Source: Candidatus Gottesmanbacteria bacterium GW2011_GWA2_43_14
GTDB taxonomy: Bacteria > Patescibacteriota > Microgenomatia > 2-02-FULL-39-11
Length of the DNA: 64,000 bases
Direction: 5' to 3'
Assembly (NCBI GenBank): GCA_000999095.1
Contig: LCFP01000004.1
Span: 80,930 to 144,929, forward strand
Part shown: one piece after another, positions 8,446 to 17,375 of the stretch
How the letters are laid out: each line of letters opens with the position of its first letter
Position numbering within the stretch: the stretch's first letter is position 1
The notes under the pieces: model-generated
Seen by the model: the letters and a program-made list of their open reading frames with translations, nothing else
Databases searched by the model: none
Told to the model about the DNA's origin: nothing
Program-made: the position numbers and the translations under genes

Positions 8446-9173
8446 AAACTTTGATGACCCATCTTTATTACGGCGATATAAGTCCGGATTTTTCACAGAA
8501 ACTGGCATTAACTTTAGCTTCAGCTGGAGCTGATTTTTTGGAAATCGGGATTCCTTATTCAGATCCGGTATGCGACGGGGTTATTTTTCAGGCAGCCTGC
8601 CGGCAGGCGCTTAAACAGGGAATTACTCCTGATGATGTCATAAACGGCCTAAAAAAAATCAGAGAAAATACGGATACTCCAATTTACTTAACCAGTTATT
8701 TCGGTCCCATATTTAAAATGGGCATCGAAATTTTTTTACGGAAAGCAAAGTCAAGCGGGGTAAAGGGGTTGATTGTTCCAGATTTACCTTTGGAGGAACA
8801 AAAAATTAAATTGCCTCTTATTCAGTTTGCTGCTGTAAATTCAAGTACGGAGAGATTGCATCAGATTATTGAAGCCGCCCAGGATTTTATTTATGTCATG
8901 TCCTTGCCTGGAATTACCGGTGACGAAAATCCCGGATATGAAAATTTAAAAAAACTGCTGAAGTTAATTAAAAGCAAGACTGACAGGAAAATATTAGTCG
9001 GATTCGGTATCAGAACAGCAAAAGAGGCTGCTGAAATTTGCGGCATGGGAGCTGACGGGGTGATTATCGGCAGCAGGATCGCTGAAATTTACAGAAGTGA
9101 GCCCAAAAATGAAGATCAGAGCTTGGATAAAATCAGGAAATTAGTTATAAATGTTAAAAAAGCCATAGGATAG
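8442..9173 (+). CDS. trpA: tryptophan synthase alpha chain
   Basis: LEIGIPYSDPVCDG, PDLP, GITG, VGFGI, ADGVIIGS. Confidence 0.93.
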   Translation: MKTLMTHLYYGDISPDFSQKLALTLASAGADFLEIGIPYSDPVCDGVIFQAACRQALKQGITPDDVINGLKKIRENTDTPIYLTSYFGPIFKMGIEIFLRKAKSSGVKGLIVPDLPLEEQKIKLPLIQFAAVNSSTERLHQIIEAAQDFIYVMSLPGITGDENPGYENLKKLLKLIKSKTDRKILVGFGIRTAKEAAEICGMGADGVIIGSRIAEIYRSEPKNEDQSLDKIRKLVINVKKAIG

Positions 9174-9186
9174 GCAGGGATTTTTT

Positions 9187-9882
9187 ATGAGAGGAATAGG
9201 CACGATTCTAAATATCATCACTGTTTTGATTGGCGGATCCATAGGACTTATTATCGGAAACCGGTTGCCGGAAAATATTCACCGCGCAGTGATCGGAATA
9301 ACCGGTTTTATTTCTTTGGTCATCGGTATCCAGATGGCATTGGAGTCTAAAAATATTTTAATAGTCTTAATCAGTTTGATGGTCGGTGTGGTTGCCGGCG
9401 AAATGGCTGATATTGACGGAAGGCTTAAAAAGTTCAGTGAAGCGATTGAAAAAAAATTCAGCAAGGGAGATAAGGGGAAATTCAGCAAAGCTTTTCTCAC
9501 TTCCAGTTTGGTATTTTGTGTCGGGCCTTTAACAATCTTAGGTTCGATAAAAGACGGTTTGAGCGGGGATTATAGCCTCCTTGCTTTTAAATCCGTACTC
9601 GACGGATTTACCTCAATCGCCTTTGCCGCCTCTTTGGGAGTAGGTGTTTTATTTACAGCTTTTACTATTTTAGCAGTGCAGGGAAGCTTGACGCTGTTTG
9701 CCTCGACAATAAGCGGCTTGCTGACCGAAGCTGTCATTGCGGAACTTTCAGGTGTGGGCGGAGTTATGGTTATGTCAATTGGTCTGAATATTCTGGAAAT
9801 AAAGAAATTCAAAACAGCCAATATGCTGCCGGCTCTGGTTATTGCGCCTATAATTGTGACGCTCGTGGCTACAGTTTCTTAG
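9187..9882 (+). CDS. DUF554 family membrane protein
   Basis: GTILN..GG.IG, FCVGPLTILGSIKDGLSGD, KSVLDG, NMLPAL. Confidence 0.88.
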   Translation: MRGIGTILNIITVLIGGSIGLIIGNRLPENIHRAVIGITGFISLVIGIQMALESKNILIVLISLMVGVVAGEMADIDGRLKKFSEAIEKKFSKGDKGKFSKAFLTSSLVFCVGPLTILGSIKDGLSGDYSLLAFKSVLDGFTSIAFAASLGVGVLFTAFTILAVQGSLTLFASTISGLLTEAVIAELSGVGGVMVMSIGLNILEIKKFKTANMLPALVIAPIIVTLVATVS

Positions 9883-9909
9883 ACTATAATATAAAGGAAA
9901 GGGCAATAT

Positions 9910-11424
9910 ATGGATGAAACAGTCAAAAAATACATTGAAGAATTAAAACAGCTGGGTATAGATTTCAAGGTTTTGGAACATCCCCAGCTTATTTCCGTGG
10001 AAAAAGTCCAGGAATACTTAGGGTTTGGCATGAGTGATGCCGGAGCCACTCTTCTGATGAAAGCCGATGACAATTTTGTGGCTATCATAAAGCGGGGTGA
10101 CACCAAATTGGACAGCGAAAAAGTCAAAAAAAATTTGGGAGTTAAAAATCTGAGAATGGCCAATGAAACGGAATTTGCCGAAATAACCGGAGTCCCAAGC
10201 GGAGCTGCCACAGTTTATCTCAAAAATATTCCTACTTATCTCGATGAAAAAGTATTGGAAAAGGAATACATTAATGCCGGCAGCGGTTCACTCCTGGTCA
10301 CTCTGCGCTTTAAATCAGAGGATTTTAAAAAAATCCCGGGAATAAAAATTGTTGATTTGACGAAAATAGAAACCGGGAAAATTTCCGGTAAAAAGACAAT
10401 CATCGGTAAAAAAAGAATTCTTTCGGGAATTACTCCTTCGGGAGACGGAACTCTTCATATCGGCAACTATTTAGGGGCTGTCAAACAGTTTATTGATTTT
10501 GCCAAAACCCACGACTGTTTTCTGATGGTGGCGGATTTGCATGCGTTGACAACAGTTCAGGACAAGGCAACATTGCAGAAGAACACGGAAAATCTGATTC
10601 TGAACGAACTGGCTCTATTGGGGGATTTGAGCAATATCACCTTTTTCCGGCAATCGGATGTGCCGATGCATGCAGAGTTGACTTGGATCTTTAACAACGT
10701 CACCCCACTGGGCCTCCTAAAACGCGCCCACGCCTACAAAGATAAACTGCAAAAAGACGTTATGGAGGAAGAAATCAATCTCGGGTTATTCAATTACCCG
10801 ATATTGATGGCTTCGGATATTCTCCTTTACAAGCCGGACTTTGTGCCTGTTGGGCGCGACCAGAAACAGCATATCGAAATTGCCAGGGATATCGCTGAAA
10901 GATTCAATAAGACTTTTAAAAGTAAAATTTTTCCATTGCCTGAGGCGCATATACCGGAAGAAGTTGCCGTGGTTATGGGTACTGACGGCAATAGAAAAAT
11001 GAGTAAATCGCTGGGCAACATCATCGGTATTTTTGACGATAGCGCGGTGATAAAAAAGCAGGTAATGTCGACTTATACCGATCCCACCCGGATTCATGCG
11101 GATGACCCGGGGCACATCGAAGGGAATATGGTCTTTACTTACCTTGATTTTTTCGGCGATAAAGGGAAGGTGGCGGAATATAAGGAAAAGTACAAACAGG
11201 GGAAAGTCCCTGATGTTGAAGTTAAAAACTATCTGTTCGAGACTTTGTTGAAATATTTCGCTCCGGCCAGGCAGCTTTACCGGGAGTTGAAGAGTAATCC
11301 TGTCAAAGTCAAAAAAATACTGAAAGAGGGAGCGGAAAAAGCCAGGGAAGTTGCCGGATCAACCATGACCGAAGTCCGGAATGCAACCGGTCTAACAAAC
11401 TCATATTCCTTCTTTGAGTATTAA
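9910..11424 (+). CDS. trpS: tryptophan--tRNA ligase with N-terminal YbaK/ProX-like domain
   Basis: SGITPSG, HIGNY, YPILMASDIL, VPVGRDQKQH, KMSKS; first ~150 aa resemble the YbaK fold. Confidence 0.93.
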   Translation: MDETVKKYIEELKQLGIDFKVLEHPQLISVEKVQEYLGFGMSDAGATLLMKADDNFVAIIKRGDTKLDSEKVKKNLGVKNLRMANETEFAEITGVPSGAATVYLKNIPTYLDEKVLEKEYINAGSGSLLVTLRFKSEDFKKIPGIKIVDLTKIETGKISGKKTIIGKKRILSGITPSGDGTLHIGNYLGAVKQFIDFAKTHDCFLMVADLHALTTVQDKATLQKNTENLILNELALLGDLSNITFFRQSDVPMHAELTWIFNNVTPLGLLKRAHAYKDKLQKDVMEEEINLGLFNYPILMASDILLYKPDFVPVGRDQKQHIEIARDIAERFNKTFKSKIFPLPEAHIPEEVAVVMGTDGNRKMSKSLGNIIGIFDDSAVIKKQVMSTYTDPTRIHADDPGHIEGNMVFTYLDFFGDKGKVAEYKEKYKQGKVPDVEVKNYLFETLLKYFAPARQLYRELKSNPVKVKKILKEGAEKAREVAGSTMTEVRNATGLTNSYSFFEY

Positions 11425-11496
11425 CACTCATATTTAGGCAGTGCGATAATATCCTGTTGTTTTAGCCTCGATTTTGAGGTATAATTGCAGTCTTAA

Positions 11497-11832
11497 ATGA
11501 AAGCAGATATTCCTTTTGTGGACTTCCAAAAACTCGATCTCAGGGTGGGCAAAGTTCTTTCCGCCGAAGCGGTTGCAGGATCAACCAATTTATTGCGACT
11601 TAAAGTAAACCTGGGCAATGACCACGGGGTCAGGATTATTATTTCCGGCATTGCCAGATGGTATACTCCGGCTACACTAAAGGGAAAAAAGTTTGTTTTC
11701 GTCACTAATCTGGAACCCAAGAAATTAATGGGGGATGAAAGCCGGGGCATGATACTTTGTGCTGATTACGATCACAAGGCAGTTGTTGTTCCCGTTAACA
11801 AAAAGATCCCCGAAGGGACGATCATCAGATAA
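11497..11832 (+). CDS. tRNA-binding OB-fold protein (Trbp111/CsaA/MetG C-terminal-like)
   Basis: DFQKLDLRVGKV, IISGI, NLEPKKLMG.ESRGMILCA. Confidence 0.9.
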   Translation: MKADIPFVDFQKLDLRVGKVLSAEAVAGSTNLLRLKVNLGNDHGVRIIISGIARWYTPATLKGKKFVFVTNLEPKKLMGDESRGMILCADYDHKAVVVPVNKKIPEGTIIR

Positions 11833-11833
11833 A

Positions 11834-13726
11834 ATGGCCGCCAACAGCAAACATCAATCTAATAATAAACACTCAAAGGGTAAGAAAGGCAAAAAGATTT
11901 TTGAGTTTAAACTTAATCTGACGCCGAAAAATTTCTTCCTCTGGTCGATTGTCCTTTTAATAATATTTTTCATTTTCTTTTCCGCCCGGGACATCTCCAA
12001 TCTCTTTCCGGAAAAATCCCTGACGGCACTTATCGGTGATATTAAAAACGACAAGGTGGAAAAGGTTGAGGTCGTCGGAGACAAGATATTGTCAACTTAT
12101 GAAGACGGTAAAGTTTATTCAACAATAAAGGAAAGCCAGGATTCCCTTTATACCATCCTTTCAGATGCAGAGGTTGATCCGTCAAAAGTTGAAGTCGAGA
12201 TCAAAGATACGACCGGGGGAACTGTCTGGTTTAACATCCTCTCCAATGTTCTGCCGCTACTTTTGATGGTCGGTTTCTTTTTGTTTCTGTTAAGGCAGGC
12301 CAGGGGAGCCCAGGATTCCATTTTTTCCTTCGGGCAGTCCCGGGCAAAATTGTTTTCCAAAGATAATCCCAGAGTCACTTTTGCCGACGTGGCAGGAGTG
12401 GATGAGGCCAAACAGGAACTTTCTGAAGTAGTCGATTTTCTGAAAAATCCCCAGAAATACCGGGCATTGGGAGCCAGGACACCCAAAGGATTGTTGTTAG
12501 TCGGTCCCTCCGGAACGGGTAAAACCATGCTGGCCAGGGCATTGGCCGGAGAAGCAGGTGCGCCTTTTTTCTCCATGGCCGGCAGCGAATTCATGGAAAT
12601 GCTGGTTGGCGTGGGAGCTTCCCGGGTTAGGGATCTTTTCAATACAGCCAAAAAGAACTCACCCTCAATTATTTTTATCGATGAAATCGATGCCATCGGC
12701 AGAGTCAGGTCCATAGGCGCTGTCGGGGGACATGACGAAAGGGAGCAGACTTTAAACCAGATTCTGGTTGAGATGGACGGGTTTACCCCCAATGAACACG
12801 TGGTCGTGGTTGCGGCAACAAACAGAGGCGACCTTCTGGATCCGGCTCTCTTGCGGCCGGGCAGATTTGACCGGAGGGTAGTACTAGACTTGCCGGATCT
12901 AGAGGGAAGAAAAGCCATACTTAAGATCCACGTCCGGGGAAAACCGGTCGAGGCAAATGTCGATTGGGATAAAGTTTCCAGAAGAACGGTCGGTTTCTCA
13001 GGAGCTGATTTGGAGAATATGCTCAACGAGGCAGCCATTTTGGCTGCGCGCAAGAACCAGAAATCCATCACTTTTGTCGATATTGAAGAAGCAGCCACGA
13101 AAGTCAAACTCGGGCCTGAGAAAAAAAGGCTGCAGAGCGAGCTTGACCGTAAAATGACAGCCTATCATGAAGCCGGCCATGCCATCGTTTCTTATGCTTT
13201 GCCCCATATGGACCCGGTACACCGCATTTCCATTGTCTCCCGCGGAATGTCTCTGGGTTTTACGCTAATTCCGCCGGCAAAAGATCGGATTCATGAGACT
13301 AAAACCCATCTTGTCGAGCAGATTACGGCCATGATGGGAGGCCGCGCTGCCGAGCAACTGATTTTTTCGGAAATGACCTCAGGCGCCTCCAATGATATCG
13401 ATAAAGCCACGGCTTTGGCCCGCAATATGGTTACCGAGTACGGCATGTCCGGGTTGGGACCGATTAATTTCGGACCAACCATGGATGTAATGGAATGGGG
13501 TGGCCGTTATGTCCACGAGTCGAAAATTTCACCGGAAATGCAAAGCCGGATTGACACGGAAGTCAAGAGTATCATTGATATTGCATACAAAAATGCGGAA
13601 GCTATTTTAAAGAAACTGAAGACCAAACTTGATGCTGTAGCCACGGAACTATTGAAAAAAGAAACTCTCGAGAGCGAGGAATTTGAAAAAATCGTCGGTC
13701 CCCGTCCGGCTTTGGCCATAGCCTAA
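11834..13726 (+). CDS. ftsH: ATP-dependent zinc metalloprotease FtsH
   Basis: Two TM segments, GPSGTGKT, IIFIDEID, LRPGRFDR, HEAGH; start set at ATG11834, right after the upstream stop. Confidence 0.96.
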   Translation: MAANSKHQSNNKHSKGKKGKKIFEFKLNLTPKNFFLWSIVLLIIFFIFFSARDISNLFPEKSLTALIGDIKNDKVEKVEVVGDKILSTYEDGKVYSTIKESQDSLYTILSDAEVDPSKVEVEIKDTTGGTVWFNILSNVLPLLLMVGFFLFLLRQARGAQDSIFSFGQSRAKLFSKDNPRVTFADVAGVDEAKQELSEVVDFLKNPQKYRALGARTPKGLLLVGPSGTGKTMLARALAGEAGAPFFSMAGSEFMEMLVGVGASRVRDLFNTAKKNSPSIIFIDEIDAIGRVRSIGAVGGHDEREQTLNQILVEMDGFTPNEHVVVVAATNRGDLLDPALLRPGRFDRRVVLDLPDLEGRKAILKIHVRGKPVEANVDWDKVSRRTVGFSGADLENMLNEAAILAARKNQKSITFVDIEEAATKVKLGPEKKRLQSELDRKMTAYHEAGHAIVSYALPHMDPVHRISIVSRGMSLGFTLIPPAKDRIHETKTHLVEQITAMMGGRAAEQLIFSEMTSGASNDIDKATALARNMVTEYGMSGLGPINFGPTMDVMEWGGRYVHESKISPEMQSRIDTEVKSIIDIAYKNAEAILKKLKTKLDAVATELLKKETLESEEFEKIVGPRPALAIA

Positions 13727-13747
13727 TCATGCTAAAATTACCCCATC

Positions 13748-14695
13748 ATGAAAAGATTGGTTGTAATTGACGGTCATGCCATCCTCCACCGCGCTTACCA
13801 TGCCTTACCTCCATTAATCACCCACGACGGCAATGTTGTCAATGCTGTTTACGGATTTGCATCTATGCTTATACGGGCTATCCAGGACCTTAAACCGGAT
13901 TACCTGATGGTTGCCTTTGACCATCCCAAACCAACCTTCCGGAAAAAGCTTTTTAAGGAATACCAGTCCCAAAGGCCGCCGATGGAAACTACCCTGATTT
14001 CACAAATTGAGACGGTCAAACGGATGGTTGATCTTATGGGTATTCCTGTTTACGGGATGGACGGATTTGAAGCTGATGATGTAATTGGAACGATTGCCCG
14101 GAAAGCCGGGAATATAAAGACAGACGAAGAGGAACTGGAAACCGTCATCATTACCGGCGACCGCGATATTCTTCAGCTGGTCAATAATTGTGTGAAAGTT
14201 TATATGCCGGTCAAGGGGCTGTCGGAGTCAAAAATGTACGGCATCAGGGAAGTTGAGGAAAAATATGAGATTAAACCGCAACAGATTCCTGATTTTAAAG
14301 CCCTGGTCGGTGATGCTTCGGATAATTACCCGGGTGTTTCCGGCATCGGTCCAAAGACGGCAATTGATCTTATTAAAAAATACGGTTCAGTGGAAGCAGT
14401 TTACCGGAACTTGGAAAAAATCGGAGGCAAACTTGAGGAAAGACTGTCTGCCGGAAAAGAGTCTGCCGTACTTTCAAAAAAACTGGCCGTCATTGTCTGT
14501 GACGTGCCAATAGAAGTCAGTATAAAAGATGCTAAATTGCCTCTTTTGGACAGGCCGGCAGTTATAAGTTTTTTCGAAAAAATGGAATTTAACAGCCTGA
14601 TTTCCAGACTGACTAACCGTAATGCCGGTAAAGAGGAAAATAAAAAAATAAAAACGGAAAAACAGAATGAGGGAAAACAACAGTCTTTATTTTAA
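13748..14695 (+). CDS. stand-alone 5'-3' exonuclease/flap endonuclease (PolA N-terminal domain only)
   Basis: IDGHAILHRAYHA, EADDVIGT, TGDRD, GDASDNYPGVSGIGPKTA; ends in QQSLF. Confidence 0.92.
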   Translation: MKRLVVIDGHAILHRAYHALPPLITHDGNVVNAVYGFASMLIRAIQDLKPDYLMVAFDHPKPTFRKKLFKEYQSQRPPMETTLISQIETVKRMVDLMGIPVYGMDGFEADDVIGTIARKAGNIKTDEEELETVIITGDRDILQLVNNCVKVYMPVKGLSESKMYGIREVEEKYEIKPQQIPDFKALVGDASDNYPGVSGIGPKTAIDLIKKYGSVEAVYRNLEKIGGKLEERLSAGKESAVLSKKLAVIVCDVPIEVSIKDAKLPLLDRPAVISFFEKMEFNSLISRLTNRNAGKEENKKIKTEKQNEGKQQSLF

Positions 14696-14701
14696 ACCTT
14701 T

Positions 14702-15826
14702 ATGAAAGTCGCACTAGTGCACGATTATCTGAAAGAGTACGGCGGCGCTGAAAAAGTATTGGAGGCTTTACATGATATTTTCCCCGAAGCTCCATTATAT
14801 ACAGCCTTTTACTTTCCCGAGTACTTGGGACCTCACCGAAAAAGATTTGAGGATTGGGATATAAGAACTTCACTTTTGCAGAATATTCCATTTGCGGAAA
14901 AATTGGTCAGCCCTTTGAGACTTTTAAGTTCGCAGGTTTTTGAGAATTGGAATTTGGACCGTTATGATTTAGTGATAGTTTCTGCAACAGGTGCTTATTT
15001 TCCCAATCTGATCAGAACAAAGCAAGGATGTCTCCATCTTTGTTACTGTCATACTCCTCCGCGTTATCTTTACGGTTACGCCACCGCCCGCAATTGGAAA
15101 AAATATTCCTGGGGAAGGGTAGCCGGTGCTTATGTCAATCACAAACTGCGCCAAAGCGATTATGTATCGGCACAAAGACCGGATTATTATATTGCAAATT
15201 CCGAAGAGGTTAAAAACCGTATCCGGAAATTTTACCGCCGGGAAGCGTCCATAATTTATCCGCCTGTGGATTTGGCTGACAGAATAAACCCGAAGTCCGA
15301 AAACCGGAATTTGAAATCAGAAGCTGAATATTTTTTGGCCGGCGGCCGTTTGGCCAGAGCTAAACACATTGACCTGATTATCGAAGTTGCCAACAAACTT
15401 GAGTTTCCCCTGAAAATATTCGGGCGCGCCTTCGCCGGTTACGGGGCGGAATTGAAAAAAACGGCCGGCCCGACGGTTGAATTTGTCGGGGAAGTTTCCG
15501 ATGAAACACTTATAGAGCTTTACAGAAAGGCAAAAGCACTTATTTTTGCTTCGGAAGATGAGGATTTCGGGATTATGCCGGTAGAAGCCCAAGCCTGCGG
15601 TACCCCTGTTGTTGCCTACAGAAGCGGAGGAGTTAAAGAATCAGTCATTGAGGGCAAAACCGGTATCTTTTTTGACAGTCTTTCATCGGCAAGTCTGACA
15701 TCTGCCGTCAAACGAATGAACAAAACCATCATAAAAGCGGTTGACTGTCAGGAAAATGCCCGCAGATTCGGTAAAATGAGATTTACAAAAGAAATTTTGC
15801 GCTTCATTAAAGAAAAACGTGCCTGA
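14702..15826 (+). CDS. GT4 glycosyltransferase (WbaZ-like)
   Basis: VALVHDYL..GGAEKV, YCHTPPRY, EDFGIMPVEAQACG. Confidence 0.92.
   Translation: MKVALVHDYLKEYGGAEKVLEALHDIFPEAPLYTAFYFPEYLGPHRKRFEDWDIRTSLLQNIPFAEKLVSPLRLLSSQVFENWNLDRYDLVIVSATGAYFPNLIRTKQGCLHLCYCHTPPRYLYGYATARNWKKYSWGRVAGAYVNHKLRQSDYVSAQRPDYYIANSEEVKNRIRKFYRREASIIYPPVDLADRINPKSENRNLKSEAEYFLAGGRLARAKHIDLIIEVANKLEFPLKIFGRAFAGYGAELKKTAGPTVEFVGEVSDETLIELYRKAKALIFASEDEDFGIMPVEAQACGTPVVAYRSGGVKESVIEGKTGIFFDSLSSASLTSAVKRMNKTIIKAVDCQENARRFGKMRFTKEILRFIKEKRA
15286..15327 (+). repeat. degenerate 7-nt tandem repeat, in frame inside the GT4 gene
   Basis: aaacccg aagtccg aaaaccg gaatttg aaatcag aagctga. Confidence 0.5.
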
Positions 15827-16622
15827 ACTTCCAGAAGTCGAAACCATCCGCCTGCAGCTAAAACAATTTATTTCCGGACTATTCATTTCCAAAATCACCA
15901 TTTACAAGGAGAAATCATTTCAGGGCAATCCAAAACAGATGGAAGGCGCCACTATTAAAGATTTGAAGCGTTTTGCCAAAGTTCTCATTTTCGAAACCGA
16001 TAAAGGAAATTCCCTGGCAGTTCATCTTAAAATGACCGGCCAGTTGATTTATAAAAAACAACAGGATAAGTCAAGTCTGCCAGATAAGCACACCCGTGTC
16101 TTTTTTCAGTTTAAAGATGGAAGCAGGCTCTTTTTCAATGATGTCAGGAGATTCGGCTGGATGAGAATTATTAAAAATATTAAGGAAATTACCTATAATT
16201 TCGGGCCGGACCCGTTTAAATTAACTGCTGCTGAATTTGAAATAATACTGTCAAAATCTGCCAAACCAATCAAGCTGTTACTGATGGATCAGGAAAAAAT
16301 CGCCGGTATAGGCAATATTTATGCCAATGAGGCGCTTTTTACGGCAAAAATAAATCCCCGAACCAAAGCCAATAAACTCAGTAAAAAAAAGGCAGATAAA
16401 ATACTGGCTGCCGTTAAAGACGTACTTGGCAAGGGGATTAAATTCGGAGGAGCCTCAGATAATAATTATTTGAATGCTTACGGGGAAAAAGGGGAGATGC
16501 AGGATCATTTTATGGTCTACGGAAGGAAAGACGAGAATTGTTTAAATGACTGTCATGGCCGGATTAAGCGGATAATACTAGGCGGCCGCGGGACTTTTTT
16601 CTGCCCCGAATGCCAGAAATGA
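15819..16622 (+). CDS. mutM: formamidopyrimidine-DNA glycosylase
   Basis: PELPEVET, HLKMTG, GIGNIYANE, C-terminal zinc finger GRGTFFCPECQ. Confidence 0.96.
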   Translation: MPELPEVETIRLQLKQFISGLFISKITIYKEKSFQGNPKQMEGATIKDLKRFAKVLIFETDKGNSLAVHLKMTGQLIYKKQQDKSSLPDKHTRVFFQFKDGSRLFFNDVRRFGWMRIIKNIKEITYNFGPDPFKLTAAEFEIILSKSAKPIKLLLMDQEKIAGIGNIYANEALFTAKINPRTKANKLSKKKADKILAAVKDVLGKGIKFGGASDNNYLNAYGEKGEMQDHFMVYGRKDENCLNDCHGRIKRIILGGRGTFFCPECQK

Positions 16623-16676
16623 ATATTCAGCCGTCAGAGAACTCAGCTTGAATTTCTGCTATAATTGCCTCGATAA

Positions 16677-17375
16677 ATGGATAAATCCCATCCCATCGTA
16701 ATTTCCCTCGGAGGATCCCTGGTAGTCCCGAACGGAGGGATTGACACCCGGTTTTTAAAAGAATTCAACATGTTTATCAGACAGAAAATCGCCAGGGGAT
16801 GGCGATTTTTTATAGTGGTAGGCGGAGGTGCTACAGCGCGCCATTATATCGACAGTGCCAGGGAAATTGTCGGGCAAATATCCGACTGGGATTTGGACTT
16901 TTTGGGAATCCATTCAACCCATTTGAATGCCCATATGATCAGGACAATATTCCGGGATGTGGCCCACCCGAGAGTTATCATGAATTACCAGAAAAAGATA
17001 GTTAATCTGCAGGAACCGCTGGTAATTGCCGCCGGCTGGAAACCGGGCTGCTCGACAGACTATGATGCCATGCTGCTGGTCAGGGATTACGGAGCCAATG
17101 CACTTATAAACATGTCCAATATTGACAGCGTTTACGATAAAGATCCGAAGAAATTTCCGGAAGCTCTGCCTGTAAAAAAAATAAGCTGGAGGGAATTCGA
17201 AAAAATGATTACAGGCAAATGGAGCCCGGGATTCAGTTCACCATTTGATCCGGTGGCAACCAAACTGGCGATACAACTGGATTGTTCCGTCTATGTCATC
17301 GGTAAAAATTTGGATAATTTGGGGAAACTTCTTGAAGGTAAAGATTTTGAAGGAACATTGATTGCTTCTGAATGA
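16677..17375 (+). CDS. pyrH: UMP kinase, archaeal-type
   Basis: VISLGGSL, VVGGG..AR.YI, GWKPGCSTDYDA, VYDKDP, PFDPVA. Confidence 0.9.
   Translation: MDKSHPIVISLGGSLVVPNGGIDTRFLKEFNMFIRQKIARGWRFFIVVGGGATARHYIDSAREIVGQISDWDLDFLGIHSTHLNAHMIRTIFRDVAHPRVIMNYQKKIVNLQEPLVIAAGWKPGCSTDYDAMLLVRDYGANALINMSNIDSVYDKDPKKFPEALPVKKISWREFEKMITGKWSPGFSSPFDPVATKLAIQLDCSVYVIGKNLDNLGKLLEGKDFEGTLIASE

Noticed and set aside
8595-8608. Perfect palindrome GCCTGCCGGCAGGC inside trpA
   Set aside because: Encodes a normally aligned TrpA helix with no apparent insertion; single copy
11759-11833. Upstream extension of ftsH
   Set aside because: Overlaps the previous gene; ATG11834 follows its stop directly
12148-13107. 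Long antisense ORFs (319 aa opposite ftsH; also 22344-22979, 55765-56490, 5119-5595 and others)
   Set aside because: Shadow frames of well-conserved genes with no recognisable motifs
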